A stretch of 64,000 bases of DNA from a virus (IMGVR_UViG_2869271264_000002:6179-70178); one strand, 5' to 3'; positions 16,821 to 25,980 are shown, numbered from the stretch's first letter. Notes: generated by a model not told the origin, from the letters alone. Numbers and translations: made by a program.

Positions 16821-17225
16821 CTAAATTCTTTCCGCTAGCGTTCTCGAAGACCATGCCGGCTGAAACGGGTACCGAAGCGCCGCCATCCAGCAACGAAGTC
16901 GGAAGCCGCAGCCGTCATCATACCCCTGCCCTTCCCTCAACTGTTCATGGTAGCGGATCCGGCCGGCCTGGGTGATGCGATCAAGCCCGGCCAGTTCCAG
17001 TTTCCGCTGCATCTTGCGGTCAGCCTTGTAGCCGGCGTCCAGCCACTTCGGTTCGTCGATCGCCACATAGGGCAGCTTCAACAGGCCGCCGAAGGCGCGC
17101 TCGAGCCGGTCATGAACTTCATTCTCGGCCGCTTCGATATCTGTCAGCACCCGAGCGGCCCGCCTGTCATTGAATGCCGCCTGCTCGAATCCCGTCACCT
17201 CGTCAGGTCTACTGCCTCGCCTCAT
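16821..17225 (-). CDS. hypothetical protein
   Basis: co-oriented ORF with RBS. Confidence 0.45.
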   Translation of the reverse strand: MRRGSRPDEVTGFEQAAFNDRRAARVLTDIEAAENEVHDRLERAFGGLLKLPYVAIDEPKWLDAGYKADRKMQRKLELAGLDRITQAGRIRYHEQLREGQGYDDGCGFRLRCWMAALRYPFQPAWSSRTLAERI

Positions 17226-17227
17226 CG

Positions 17228-17770
17228 TCACCGCCCTCCGCGCGCGGCATCTATTTCGTCTACCGACCATCCGGCCCGACGAAGCGCCATAATCTGCTCT
17301 CGCCCAAGAGGTGGAGATGCATACTCCGCAGCCAGATCCGCGGTTACCTTGCGCTGGCGCCTGTACCGTTCAGCTATTTCTGGATGTTCCTGAAATTCGT
17401 CAGGAAGGATGTCCCCTTCCGCATCGGTAAAGATCGCGTAGAGCCTGGGCCATCGACCAACATCCCCTGCATTGAAACCACTCCAGCCTGCTGGCCCAAA
17501 GACCTCTCGAATTTCAATGTCGCCATCTGATTCATGGCGCCCAATCGAAGTCGAACCTGAGAACGCTATGCCAAGAGTGTCGGCCAGCAGATAGTCCTTG
17601 TGGACCATAAGACTTTCCGTTTTCATCCCGTACCATGGGTCAAGCCGCTCATAGGTTTTGCTCACCTGTTCTAAGGTCAGATCGCGAATGACAGACACGG
17701 TCCCGCCTCGGCTCTTGGTCATTATGGACCAAAGCGATTGCGTCGGATCGTATGCCTGGCCGTCCATCAC
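17228..17770 (-). CDS. hypothetical protein
   Basis: 180-aa coupled ORF. Confidence 0.6.
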   Translation of the reverse strand: MMDGQAYDPTQSLWSIMTKSRGGTVSVIRDLTLEQVSKTYERLDPWYGMKTESLMVHKDYLLADTLGIAFSGSTSIGRHESDGDIEIREVFGPAGWSGFNAGDVGRWPRLYAIFTDAEGDILPDEFQEHPEIAERYRRQRKVTADLAAEYASPPLGREQIMALRRAGWSVDEIDAARGGR

Positions 17771-18069
17771 TTCCCTCCGCGCGCAAGCGTGAGCGCATCT
17801 AGTGCCATTTTGTCCAGTTCATCTGCGCGGGCATTATCGCTGTCGCGCGTCCACCTCATCGGCTCCATAAATTGTTGCAGCGCCTCCAGCGCAGCCACGA
17901 GCTCGTCATGCGCATTGACCGCCTTCATCGCCAGTTGGTAGTTCGGCTCGGACAGCACGCGGCAAGCGACGGGGAATGGATGGCCGTTACTGATCACCCG
18001 CCTATCGCCGGGCCCTACAAAAACAGCCGTGGTGTTGGTCCACGGGGCCGGATCATATTCTGTGGTCAC
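17767..18069 (-). CDS. hypothetical protein
   Basis: NAHDELVAALE phage-type segment. Confidence 0.6.
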   Translation of the reverse strand: MTTEYDPAPWTNTTAVFVGPGDRRVISNGHPFPVACRVLSEPNYQLAMKAVNAHDELVAALEALQQFMEPMRWTRDSDNARADELDKMALDALTLARGGK

Positions 18070-18785
18070 GATGCAGCCCTCACGATATCCTGAATGTGCG
18101 AGCCTTGAACGGTGAGCAGTTCGATGGGTCCGCCCGCCACCGCGTCATCAAAGACGCCGACCACAAGTCGACCGGTGAACCATGCGAACGTGTCGAGGTC
18201 AGACCGACCTTTCAATAGGATCGGGCCGTCCTCGAATTGATGATGGCCGTGCACAACGTGTCGCTTACCATGGCCGCGCTCGTCATCATCAGGGTATATC
18301 TTCCAGCCAAGATCCTGATCATCCTGCTGGTCGAGCGGCTTGAACGGATCGACGCCGGCGTGGACGAAGACGCGGTGTTCGTCGATGTGCATCCGAGGCA
18401 GCGCCTTCATCCAATCCAGATGAGAACTTGGGACCAATGCGGCTGCGACCGCGGCACCATCGCCGATCTTGGCGCCGTAGGAGATCAGCGTGCGGCCGCC
18501 TCCGTTGGGGATCCACCAGCGGCCGACGAGCTCGAGATTAGCGCAGCACTCAACCATGATGTCTTCGTGATTGCCGCGCAGACATATGCGACGCCAGCCC
18601 GGCGGCAGTGCCGGGTCATCCATGAGCCATTCGATGATTTCGCGGCTCTGCGGTCCACGGTCGACGTAGTCACCAAGATGGACAATGGTGCCCGGTATGC
18701 CGAGCGCATGCTGCGAAATGGCGTCGTAGGCCATCTGCAGCAGGTCGAAGCGACCGTGCAGGTCTGCTATCGCGTAGGTTTTCAC
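18066..18785 (-). CDS. Ser/Thr protein phosphatase (calcineurin-like metallophosphoesterase, lambda NinI-like)
   Basis: ADLHG, GDYVDRG, RGNHED, FVHAG, HGH; GTG start with GGAGG RBS. Confidence 0.92.
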   Translation of the reverse strand: MKTYAIADLHGRFDLLQMAYDAISQHALGIPGTIVHLGDYVDRGPQSREIIEWLMDDPALPPGWRRICLRGNHEDIMVECCANLELVGRWWIPNGGGRTLISYGAKIGDGAAVAAALVPSSHLDWMKALPRMHIDEHRVFVHAGVDPFKPLDQQDDQDLGWKIYPDDDERGHGKRHVVHGHHQFEDGPILLKGRSDLDTFAWFTGRLVVGVFDDAVAGGPIELLTVQGSHIQDIVRAAS

Positions 18786-18873
18786 CCGATTCCTCCCATC
18801 TGATAGAACGAACTGATCAAGCCGAGGACAACTAGGACCGCGCCGACGGCGATGCACCAGGCTTCGAAGCGGC

Positions 18874-19062
18874 TCATCCGAGCACTCCGGCGTCGACATT
18901 GAGGCGCCGGAGAAGCGGGAAATTGTAAACACGCCAATGGATGCGCGTGTAACCCGGCTCATTCTCGGCTCGCCTGGCGACGCAGCATGCCTCCGCATCC
19001 TCCGCTTTTTCGAACACTGCGGCGGGAAAATCATTCCCCATGACGACATGCACTTCGGTCAT
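18874..19062 (-). CDS. hypothetical protein
   Basis: 62-aa coupled ORF. Confidence 0.5.
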   Translation of the reverse strand: MTEVHVVMGNDFPAAVFEKAEDAEACCVARRAENEPGYTRIHWRVYNFPLLRRLNVDAGVLG

Positions 19063-19551
19063 TTACACCACCTCGATATGGAACGGAGCTCGAACGCCGT
19101 TGCAATGCGTCTGCGCCGCCTCCAGCGCGGCCAGGACGCGGTCACGCGGGTCGCCTACGCCGCCATGAAGCTTGCCCTGCGCATACGGCCCGCCCTCGCC
19201 CGCGGCCACATAGGACGAATATTCCGCCACCGAGTAGTCGGAACTGACCTTGAACAACCGCCCGCCATGGCCGACCAGCAGTTCATCAATGTCCTTGCCG
19301 GAGATTTCCTTCAGTTTCTCGACGACGTTCAGCACGAGGTGCGCCATGACGTCCTTGCATTCCATCTTGGGCAGCGAGGCGTATTCCAGCATCTGCCCGA
19401 CCCGGTAGGATCCGGTGAAGCCGATCACATAGGGCCCGTTCCGAAACACCTTCCGGTTGGCGCGCACCTCGATGCTCTCGCCGCTGACTGCCGCGCTGTC
19501 GGCGCCGATGTAGACCTTGCCGTTGTCGATGAGCCCGACGATGCAAGTCAC
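19063..19551 (-). CDS. Ntn-hydrolase, HslV/proteasome-beta-like peptidase
   Basis: N-terminal (M)TCIVG, GADS, RKV, IGFTGS, AAGEG. Confidence 0.75.
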   Translation of the reverse strand: MTCIVGLIDNGKVYIGADSAAVSGESIEVRANRKVFRNGPYVIGFTGSYRVGQMLEYASLPKMECKDVMAHLVLNVVEKLKEISGKDIDELLVGHGGRLFKVSSDYSVAEYSSYVAAGEGGPYAQGKLHGGVGDPRDRVLAALEAAQTHCNGVRAPFHIEVV

Positions 19552-19648
19552 TTCAGATCACCATCGCCCAGATGGTCTATGAAGTATGCGAACGCGAGGA
19601 CGATGAGGCCAATAGCCAGACCCAACGGCACTCCAATGATTATATCGC

Positions 19649-19855
19649 TCACGTCCGCCCTCTCCATTTCGACCACACCACCACATAGGCGTAGCCAACT
19701 AGGGCGCCGGCGGCTGCCGCGGAGATAGCCATGAGAAAGTCGAGTGGGACACTCGGGCTATTGAGCGTCAGCGGATCGACAGTGATCGCGGCCGCCAGCA
19801 TGACATCGGCGAGCATGGCGCCGATAAGCGCGCCTTGGACCCTGGCGTTGGTCAC
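19649..19855 (-). CDS. small membrane protein
   Basis: two hydrophobic stretches; GTGA overlap with the upstream gene. Confidence 0.5.
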   Translation of the reverse strand: MTNARVQGALIGAMLADVMLAAAITVDPLTLNSPSVPLDFLMAISAAAAGALVGYAYVVVWSKWRGRT

Positions 19856-20094
19856 TTGTTGCGGCCCTCCCATGGATAGATTGCCTCCATCTGGTTTGGG
19901 TAAAGCGCCCGGCACATCGCCCGGATCGAGGGCGGAGCCCCGTTGGCCTGATAGTTCACGACTGACGCAGCGCTGATGCCCAACGCCTTCGCGGCGGCGC
20001 GCCCGGTGTAGTTCATCGCCGAAAGCCACCGCTTGAACTCCGCGGCAGACATGGAAATGGCCTCTGGAGCGTCGATAGACCGGGTTTTGTTCAC
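19852..20094 (-). CDS. HTH DNA-binding protein
   Basis: EFKRWL..M.YT..AAAKALGISAASVVNY. Confidence 0.75.
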   Translation of the reverse strand: MNKTRSIDAPEAISMSAAEFKRWLSAMNYTGRAAAKALGISAASVVNYQANGAPPSIRAMCRALYPNQMEAIYPWEGRNK

Positions 20095-20167
20095 TGAATG
20101 AATATCCGACCGCTAGGGCATTAATGTTCAGGTCGGAAATTAAATACGCCCATCATTCTATAAATGC

Positions 20168-20183
20168 AATATGCATATCACAT
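20168..20183. promoter_or_regulatory. repressor operator AATATGCATATCACAT (copy 1)
   Basis: identical 16-mer at 54854-54869 and, reverse-complemented, at 56355-56370. Confidence 0.75.
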
Positions 20184-20189
20184 TTTATT

Positions 20190-20600
20190 TTATGCGACTG
20201 GTCGGAACTGCAGCGGCCGCTTTTCCGGCTGCCGGCACCACTCGGGCAGCATATTCAGCAGCCCATTTTCCCGCGCATAGACTTCCATCACGCCCTTCTG
20301 AGCATGGTGGTGCTTGCATAGGGCCCAGAGGTTCGACCAGGTGTATTTCAGATCTGGCCGATCCACGACCGGGATGATGTGGTCGACCAGATCCGTCAGC
20401 GTGTCACGGTCTTGCTGGGCGCACCAGGCGCAGCAAACATGCCGCTTTCGATAGGCGATCGACAGCCTATCCCATTTGGAATCGTACCCTCTATCTCGAG
20501 GCGAGCCGCGGTAATTCCCAGCCTTCACGAGCTTCTGGACGGCGATCGCCATCGGTGCCTGGAAGGGCTTGAACCGCGGCGGCCGGCTGTTTCTTGTCAC
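20190..20600 (-). CDS. HNH endonuclease (packaging-associated type)
   Basis: RGYDSKW, CAWC, VDHIIP, NLWALCKHHH; GTG 20600 with GAAGGA RBS. Confidence 0.85.
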   Translation of the reverse strand: MTRNSRPPRFKPFQAPMAIAVQKLVKAGNYRGSPRDRGYDSKWDRLSIAYRKRHVCCAWCAQQDRDTLTDLVDHIIPVVDRPDLKYTWSNLWALCKHHHAQKGVMEVYARENGLLNMLPEWCRQPEKRPLQFRPVA

Positions 20601-20619
20601 GGTCGAAAATCCTTCTACG

Positions 20620-20770
20620 CCTTGGCTGATATGGGCTTCCGCGTGCCGGGCGGCAAAATGTTTTTCTTTCCTGGACGAAAATTCTTTCCGTGGAGTCTCC
20701 CGTTTTTGGCTGGCAACTCGGTCCGGGAGGCGCGCGCGCGCGGGTTTAACCGGCACCCCCTACCCCCTCG
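20620..20770 (-). other. possible cos/packaging-signal region
   Basis: minus strand GGGGGTAGGGGGTGCCGGTTAAACCCGCGCGCGCGC...GACCG...AAAAAC, like sequence next to cos in HNH/P27-terminase phages; at a transcription divergence point. Confidence 0.4.
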
Positions 20771-20771
20771 A

Positions 20772-20998
20772 GGCGCCGGCGGCCTGGCGTCGACGAGGTG
20801 CGACCCGACGACGACGAGACCGACGAGCGGCACGACGACGAGCGGCGGCACGGCAAGGCGACGAGGCGCGGTTGCGATTGATCCGATTGAGAATGAAGGC
20901 GACGGCATGAGCTTGGCCGTGCGGCGCGGCGCGGTGCGACCTGGCAAAGCGCGGCGCGGCCATGCGCTGCAGCTGGACGGCGCGGCGTGGCACGGCAT
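20772..20998 (+). repeat. degenerate GGY-NN pentamer tract (second, orphan array)
   Basis: 20923-20998: GGCGC GGCGC GGTGC GACCT GGCAA AGCGC GGCGC GGCCA TGCGC TGCAG CTGGAC GGCGC GGCGT GGCAC GGCAT; looser GGC/GACGA units upstream. Confidence 0.55.
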
Positions 20999-21010
20999 AC
21001 GCTTATTAAT

Positions 21011-21060
21011 ATGCGATATGCATTTATTCTATTGACAAGGCGCGCGGGCATAGGCAAGGT
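21011..21060 (+). promoter_or_regulatory. early promoter with operator variant
   Basis: ATGCGATATGCATTTA (13/16 to the operator) at 21011-21026, then TTGACA at 21032-21037. Confidence 0.55.
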
Positions 21061-21098
21061 GTGGATAGTCGATTGTGACTGACCACGGAGCCCGACTA

Positions 21099-21239
21099 AT
21101 GACACCGCACCTCGCAGCCCTTCGTTACATCACGCTGGCAACGTTCAGCCGCCGCGCGGCTATCCGCTTTGCAATGAACTACGAAGCGACATGCGGCAGT
21201 GAAGCGGCCTTTGACGAGTATCTGTCCTATCTCGACTGA
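21099..21239 (+). CDS. small early protein
   Basis: leader hairpin + GGAG RBS; 46 aa. Confidence 0.5.
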   Translation: MTPHLAALRYITLATFSRRAAIRFAMNYEATCGSEAAFDEYLSYLD

Positions 21240-21310
21240 CAAGCATGGGCGCGCCGCAAGGCGCGCCTTTCTACCCCGCCGACAGTGGCGCAACCGGAGC
21301 CTGAAACGAA

Positions 21311-21496
21311 ATGACCCAGCCCAGCCGCTACCAAGTCCGCCGCGCCAAGCGCGCCAGCGCACGGCGTTGGACTGTCATTCGTGAGCGGGCGCTTGTGGCT
21401 GTGTTGTGCATGATGCTTGCGCCGCCGTGCGCGTTCATTCTGTATGCCATAGTGCAAGGCGCGGTCATTTGCCAAACGGAAGGCCGCTGTCTCTAA
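21311..21496 (+). CDS. small membrane protein
   Basis: C-terminal hydrophobic segment. Confidence 0.45.
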   Translation: MTQPSRYQVRRAKRASARRWTVIRERALVAVLCMMLAPPCAFILYAIVQGAVICQTEGRCL

Positions 21497-21536
21497 CCCT
21501 TTCGCCAATCGTGGCGCTGACACTGGAGTCTGAACA

Positions 21537-21758
21537 ATGATCACGCTGACCGAACAACGCACAACCAATATGGGCAATGTGCGCCGTCATTGGGACATGA
21601 TGCGCGACGGCAAGCACGTTGCGAACCTTGGGAAAGACAATGCACCGTGGTCACGCTGGAGCGTCCTTCCCATCGTCGGCAGCAATGAATGCGACCTTGC
21701 CAAATACGATACGTTCAAGAGCAAGGCTGAAGCCCTTGCTTATGCGGAAGCGCTCTAG
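21537..21758 (+). CDS. small early protein
   Basis: leader hairpin + GGAG; FKSKAEALAYA. Confidence 0.7.
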   Translation: MITLTEQRTTNMGNVRRHWDMMRDGKHVANLGKDNAPWSRWSVLPIVGSNECDLAKYDTFKSKAEALAYAEAL

Positions 21759-21810
21759 GCGCGCCTTTCCTTCCATCCTGCCAATCGTGGCGAAACACTG
21801 GAGAACGACA

Positions 21811-22029
21811 ATGTTCAATATCTCAATTCGGAAAATCGGCGGCTTGTATCATTGGCGAGTCGGACGGCTTGGCGGCTCAATCTACGTTGCCAAGCGCTTC
21901 CAGCCAGTCGGCGCGGCGGCAGACGCAAGGCGCGCGCATGAAGCCTATTGGACAGCGCGCAATGCCGACATGCTGGAGGCGCGCGCCTATCTGGCAAGCC
22001 TTCAGACCATGACAGCGAACGATTGGTAG
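21811..22029 (+). CDS. small early protein
   Basis: leader hairpin + GGAG. Confidence 0.65.
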   Translation: MFNISIRKIGGLYHWRVGRLGGSIYVAKRFQPVGAAADARRAHEAYWTARNADMLEARAYLASLQTMTANDW

Positions 22030-22036
22030 GCGCGCC

Positions 22037-22225
22037 ATGACATTCGCCCTAGTCGCCTTCCTCACCATCAATGGCCACGTCAACGCCTATGTGCTTGACC
22101 ATGGTTTGACGCATGAAGATTGCGGCGCGGCCATTGCCGCCGCTCTTCCTTCCGACATTCCGAAAGACCTTGCCGCCATGCTTGCCAATGCGCCGCGCGC
22201 TTGTGAACTGGAGTCGGGCAAATGA
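22037..22225 (+). CDS. small early protein
   Basis: coupled ORF. Confidence 0.55.
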   Translation: MTFALVAFLTINGHVNAYVLDHGLTHEDCGAAIAAALPSDIPKDLAAMLANAPRACELESGK

Positions 22226-22358
22226 TTGTGACTTTTGAAAATCGCGCGGCCGCTGAATCCGCCATTCGTCTTTTGCCGCTGGAATGGCTGATAACCATTC
22301 ATCCGATACCAGGCACGGAAAAGGTGCGCGTTTTCATAACGCCATGGGAGTCGGGCAA

Positions 22359-22586
22359 ATGATTATCGGAAACCGGAAAGAGCTCGACACCGCGCGCGAA
22401 ACGTTGCGCGACCAATTCGACGCGATTTGGCTTGCGTCCGATATCATTGAAGCGAAAGAGGCGCGCGCCATTCGCTGCAGCATCAAACTAGACGCGCCGC
22501 GCCATAATCACCTTGCGCCGAATTGGCGCATATTCCCAGGCGGCCGATTTGTCGGCGGCAAAGATTGCGGTGTTATCCGCGCCTGA
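22359..22586 (+). CDS. small early protein
   Basis: GGAG RBS, part of an 18-bp repeat shared with 22210-22227. Confidence 0.55.
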   Translation: MIIGNRKELDTARETLRDQFDAIWLASDIIEAKEARAIRCSIKLDAPRHNHLAPNWRIFPGGRFVGGKDCGVIRA

Positions 22587-22630
22587 AACTATCCCGCGCG
22601 ATTGTGCGCACCATTGGAGTTTGAAAAATC

Positions 22631-23122
22631 ATGGCCCTATCATTTCCGAACGGAAGCGTCACGCAAGGCGGCTGGAATGTCGGTCGCACCCTGGCGAAAG
22701 GAATTCCGGCCGGCGGCAAGCTTTCCGTTTTCAAAGGCTTTGCGCCGCACCGCGACAAGAAAGGTTTTCCGATAGCGCGGCGCGGCGATTGCGACGGCCT
22801 CACATTCGAAAGCGATTCCGAATATGAAACATTCGTTCGGTCGCGCGGCTATGTGCAACCGTACTTTCGCAACTCGGCAATGTTCAAAGCCATGAACCGG
22901 GCAAACATTCGCCGCTGGACGGCCGATCTTGTCGCGGCCGTCAAATCCGCCGAGTCGCAAGCCGATATCGTGGCGATTGCGGATCGGCAGAAAGCAATCG
23001 TTCGCGCGGCCGGTTGCGACATTCTGGACGCCATGGCGTTCGGCAATGCCGCCTATTGGATCGGCCGCAAGTTTCGGCCGGAGCTCTATCCGCGCGAATG
23101 GCCCTATTCGGTCGCGGCATAG
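22631..23122 (+). CDS. hypothetical early protein
   Basis: leader hairpin + GGAG; 163 aa. Confidence 0.7.
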   Translation: MALSFPNGSVTQGGWNVGRTLAKGIPAGGKLSVFKGFAPHRDKKGFPIARRGDCDGLTFESDSEYETFVRSRGYVQPYFRNSAMFKAMNRANIRRWTADLVAAVKSAESQADIVAIADRQKAIVRAAGCDILDAMAFGNAAYWIGRKFRPELYPREWPYSVAA

Positions 23123-23133
23123 GAGAAACGACA

Positions 23134-23307
23134 ATGCCGAACCAAGCCCAAAAACGCGTTATGCAGCTGCAACGGGCAATCAAAGTCGAGACCGACAAAG
23201 GCCGCAAGCGCGCGCTGCAGTCTCGATTGCGTGACTTGTGCCATGAACTGGCGCGCCGCGACTATCGGGCAAAGCTTGCCGATCTCGGCAATATGGCCGC
23301 TTACTGA
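23134..23307 (+). CDS. small basic coiled-coil protein
   Basis: AGGAGA RBS. Confidence 0.6.
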   Translation: MPNQAQKRVMQLQRAIKVETDKGRKRALQSRLRDLCHELARRDYRAKLADLGNMAAY

Positions 23308-23341
23308 AAACCGCGCGATTGCGCAAACTGGAGTTTGAAAC

Positions 23342-23800
23342 ATGAACTATCTTGCTGACAACTCGATTACAATCAACGGCGCGCGCTACTGGTTTAGCTG
23401 GACGTCCAGCTACCAGGATGAAATTGATTACGATATTTCCGAACCGAACGGCGACCGATTCCGCGCGCATTTGCGCCGCTCACTGCCGGACTACGCGCGG
23501 CGCGGTCTCAACTATGATGCTGCCGGGCTTGAAAAACACGTTGTGGCGTCAATCGGCATTTTGCGCCGTTGCGTTGGCACAAATGCCGGCGAAATTTCCG
23601 CCGACACAATCGCCGCTTTCGATGCCTGGCGCGCGCGGGAATATGATCGGCAAATGTCAACCATGATAAGCCAGCCGCACCGCTACGGCGACGAGGCGAG
23701 CTTGTGCGCAAGCTTTCCCGCGCCGTTGCCGGTCTATGCCGGCCGCTGGACAAGCGAAAGCGGCTGGACGCGCGTTGAACTGCAGTCAATCGCCGCATAG
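23342..23800 (+). CDS. hypothetical early protein
   Basis: leader hairpin + GGAG; 152 aa. Confidence 0.7.
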   Translation: MNYLADNSITINGARYWFSWTSSYQDEIDYDISEPNGDRFRAHLRRSLPDYARRGLNYDAAGLEKHVVASIGILRRCVGTNAGEISADTIAAFDAWRAREYDRQMSTMISQPHRYGDEASLCASFPAPLPVYAGRWTSESGWTRVELQSIAA

Positions 23801-23890
23801 CTCGATTTGCTCTTTCATGGCCGCCGCGCGCGGCCATGCGACGGCAAATTGCCGAACCGGCCGCTTATGGCCATAACTGGAGTTAGACCC

Positions 23891-24160
23891 ATGCCGAACA
23901 ATGCGCCGCATAACGCCTTACGTGCCGCCGTCAATCGCGCCATTGCCAGCGGCGCGCCTGTCTACGTCAATCAAAGCGGCCGGCCGCAAATGGCCGAATT
24001 CTCGAGCGCAAATGAAGCGGTCTTGTATCGCCAGAAATTCGGCGGCTGGATTTTCGTTAAGGAAGGCGAAACGGCCGCGCTTTGGTTCGATGCTGAATTC
24101 TACACGCCTAGCTTTATCTTCCGCCATGCCGCCGCAAGCGGCAATGGCCGATTGATCTAA
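23891..24160 (+). CDS. hypothetical early protein
   Basis: leader hairpin + GGAG. Confidence 0.65.
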   Translation: MPNNAPHNALRAAVNRAIASGAPVYVNQSGRPQMAEFSSANEAVLYRQKFGGWIFVKEGETAALWFDAEFYTPSFIFRHAAASGNGRLI

Positions 24161-24208
24161 AGCCGGAAACTTCAAACCGCCAATTGTGGCAACCATGGGA
24201 GTCTAGAA

Positions 24209-24406
24209 ATGAATAAGCCGCTTGATTCCGCCGCGCGCGCCGATCTGGAAACGATTGCCGCCGCCGATCTGGACGCGTTTTTCTCGCAACATGAGGCACG
24301 CAAGGCAAAGCACGGCAAGCCGTTTTCCAAGCGCATGGAAGGCCGCGACAGGCGCGCGGAGCGTAAGGCTAAAGAGGCGCGCCGCTTCGATTGGTTCAAC
24401 GCGTAA
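24209..24406 (+). CDS. small early protein
   Basis: leader hairpin + GGAG. Confidence 0.65.
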   Translation: MNKPLDSAARADLETIAAADLDAFFSQHEARKAKHGKPFSKRMEGRDRRAERKAKEARRFDWFNA

Positions 24407-24425
24407 GAGCGAAGGGGAAACGATC

Positions 24426-24809
24426 ATGTCAACCGCACCTGAAAGCTTTTTCAACGCCTATCTGGCAACCGCGCTTTGGTCCTCAACCGATGGTGATGGC
24501 AACCCGCTTGATGCCAAGTATGGGCCGGAGGATATCGACGGCGAAACGCTCGACGGCATGTTAGCCGATTGCAACGAATTCTACCGCACCCACTCCGACG
24601 CGATCCAATGCAATGGCGTCACCTTCGGCCCTGATTTCGATCAGGACGGGCGTGCTGGCCACGACTTTTGGCTGACACGTTGCGGCCATGGCTCCGGCTT
24701 CTGGGATGGCGACTGGCCGGAGCCGCAAGCATCGCGCCTCACGGATGCCGCCAAAGCGTTTGGCAATGTGGACCTGTACATTGGTGATGACGGGAAGGTT
24801 CACGCCTAG
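24426..24809 (+). CDS. conserved phage protein with GHDFWLTR.GHG.GFWD motif
   Basis: motif recognised as recurrent in phage early regions; function unknown. Confidence 0.75.
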   Translation: MSTAPESFFNAYLATALWSSTDGDGNPLDAKYGPEDIDGETLDGMLADCNEFYRTHSDAIQCNGVTFGPDFDQDGRAGHDFWLTRCGHGSGFWDGDWPEPQASRLTDAAKAFGNVDLYIGDDGKVHA

Positions 24810-24932
24810 CGCGACCGCTGGCGCGGTCTCATGGCCGCGCCAGCAAGCTATCGCCTTTGAAAGCCCGCGCGCGTTGTTCATGGCCGATTGCCGGCCCAAT
24901 CGCCAATCATGGCGGCAACTGGAGTTAGACCC

Positions 24933-25256
24933 ATGACGGAACAACCGGTTTTCAATCTCTATCTGGAGGAAACGCAATCCGCCCGGATTGGCCGGCCGGC
25001 CGCGTATCGGCTGATAATGCCGGATGAAAGCGGCGTTCTAGATTCCAAGTATGTCGAGCGCAAAACCGGTTTGCTTTTGGCCTGGCCATGCAATCCGCAT
25101 TCGACGGGCGAGCGCATGATTTTGAGTATGCTCAATTGCGACTATCAGCACGGCATAAACGGCGCGGTAACGTGTCCGGGATTCGCGCCGTATGAGTTCG
25201 CGCAACCGGTGACGCGCCGCAAAATAACTGAACTTGCATTTTCGCATAAACTGTGA
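24933..25256 (+). CDS. hypothetical early protein
   Basis: leader hairpin + GGAG. Confidence 0.65.
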   Translation: MTEQPVFNLYLEETQSARIGRPAAYRLIMPDESGVLDSKYVERKTGLLLAWPCNPHSTGERMILSMLNCDYQHGINGAVTCPGFAPYEFAQPVTRRKITELAFSHKL

Positions 25257-25300
25257 AATATAACTGAACCGCCGATTGTGGCGCAACTGGAGTTTGAGAC

Positions 25301-25489
25301 ATGCCGAGACCTTCCATCAAATCGCCTTGCGTGGCGGATCACTACGCCGACAAGAGTTGCGAGCGGATAGCCGAATTTTCAGCGCCGAATGGGAAAGGCG
25401 GGCTTATCAGCATTCGGCAACACGATGACGGCAGCGTTTCAGTTTCCGTCTATCGCATTGATCCTGGCGTTATGGTCATTGCGTCATGA
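25301..25489 (+). CDS. small early protein
   Basis: leader hairpin + GGAG. Confidence 0.65.
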   Translation: MPRPSIKSPCVADHYADKSCERIAEFSAPNGKGGLISIRQHDDGSVSVSVYRIDPGVMVIAS

Positions 25490-25926
25490 CCGGCTACATT
25501 CTCCCCTGCAATCTGCCGAACTTCGATCAAAGCGCGCCGCGTGGCGAAGGCTGGCGGATTGCCTCCAATGATGAACCGCAACACGCCGGCGTGTTGACCT
25601 GGCTCAATCCAGCGACCGGCGAAAGCGTCGTTTGCCCGTCGATCTGGTACAATCTGCCGGCTGTGCGCTATGCGGTCTCGCTCCGATACGACGCCGAACG
25701 CAACGACGAATCCGCAGTCCGCAAGGATTCCGAGGGCATGGCATGGTCTGCCGGCGAGGCCGTCCGGTCTAGACGTCAAGCGCGCCGCCTTCGCGCCATG
25801 GCGCTACTATGCGACCGCAATCCCGCAATCCCGGCCGGCAATATCGACTTTCGCGGGCTAAGTGATCCGATCACGCCGCCCGATGTGGAATTGGCAACAG
25901 TGGAAGCAATCGAGGCCGGCCGCTAA
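25486..25926 (+). CDS. hypothetical early protein
   Basis: ATGA-coupled. Confidence 0.6.
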   Translation: MTGYILPCNLPNFDQSAPRGEGWRIASNDEPQHAGVLTWLNPATGESVVCPSIWYNLPAVRYAVSLRYDAERNDESAVRKDSEGMAWSAGEAVRSRRQARRLRAMALLCDRNPAIPAGNIDFRGLSDPITPPDVELATVEAIEAGR

Positions 25927-25980
25927 CCCGCGCCGAACGTCAAGCCCGCCAATCGTGGCAACAACTGGAGATCGAACGCA

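Noticed and set aside
20600-20756. N-terminal 52 codons of the 188-aa HNH ORF
   Set aside because: Better GTG start with RBS at 20600; the extension overlaps the cos-like signal
20923-20998. Decoding the second tract to AAAL..AA in the 25981 gene
   Set aside because: Low-complexity Ala-rich string with only a partial match; not distinguishable from chance
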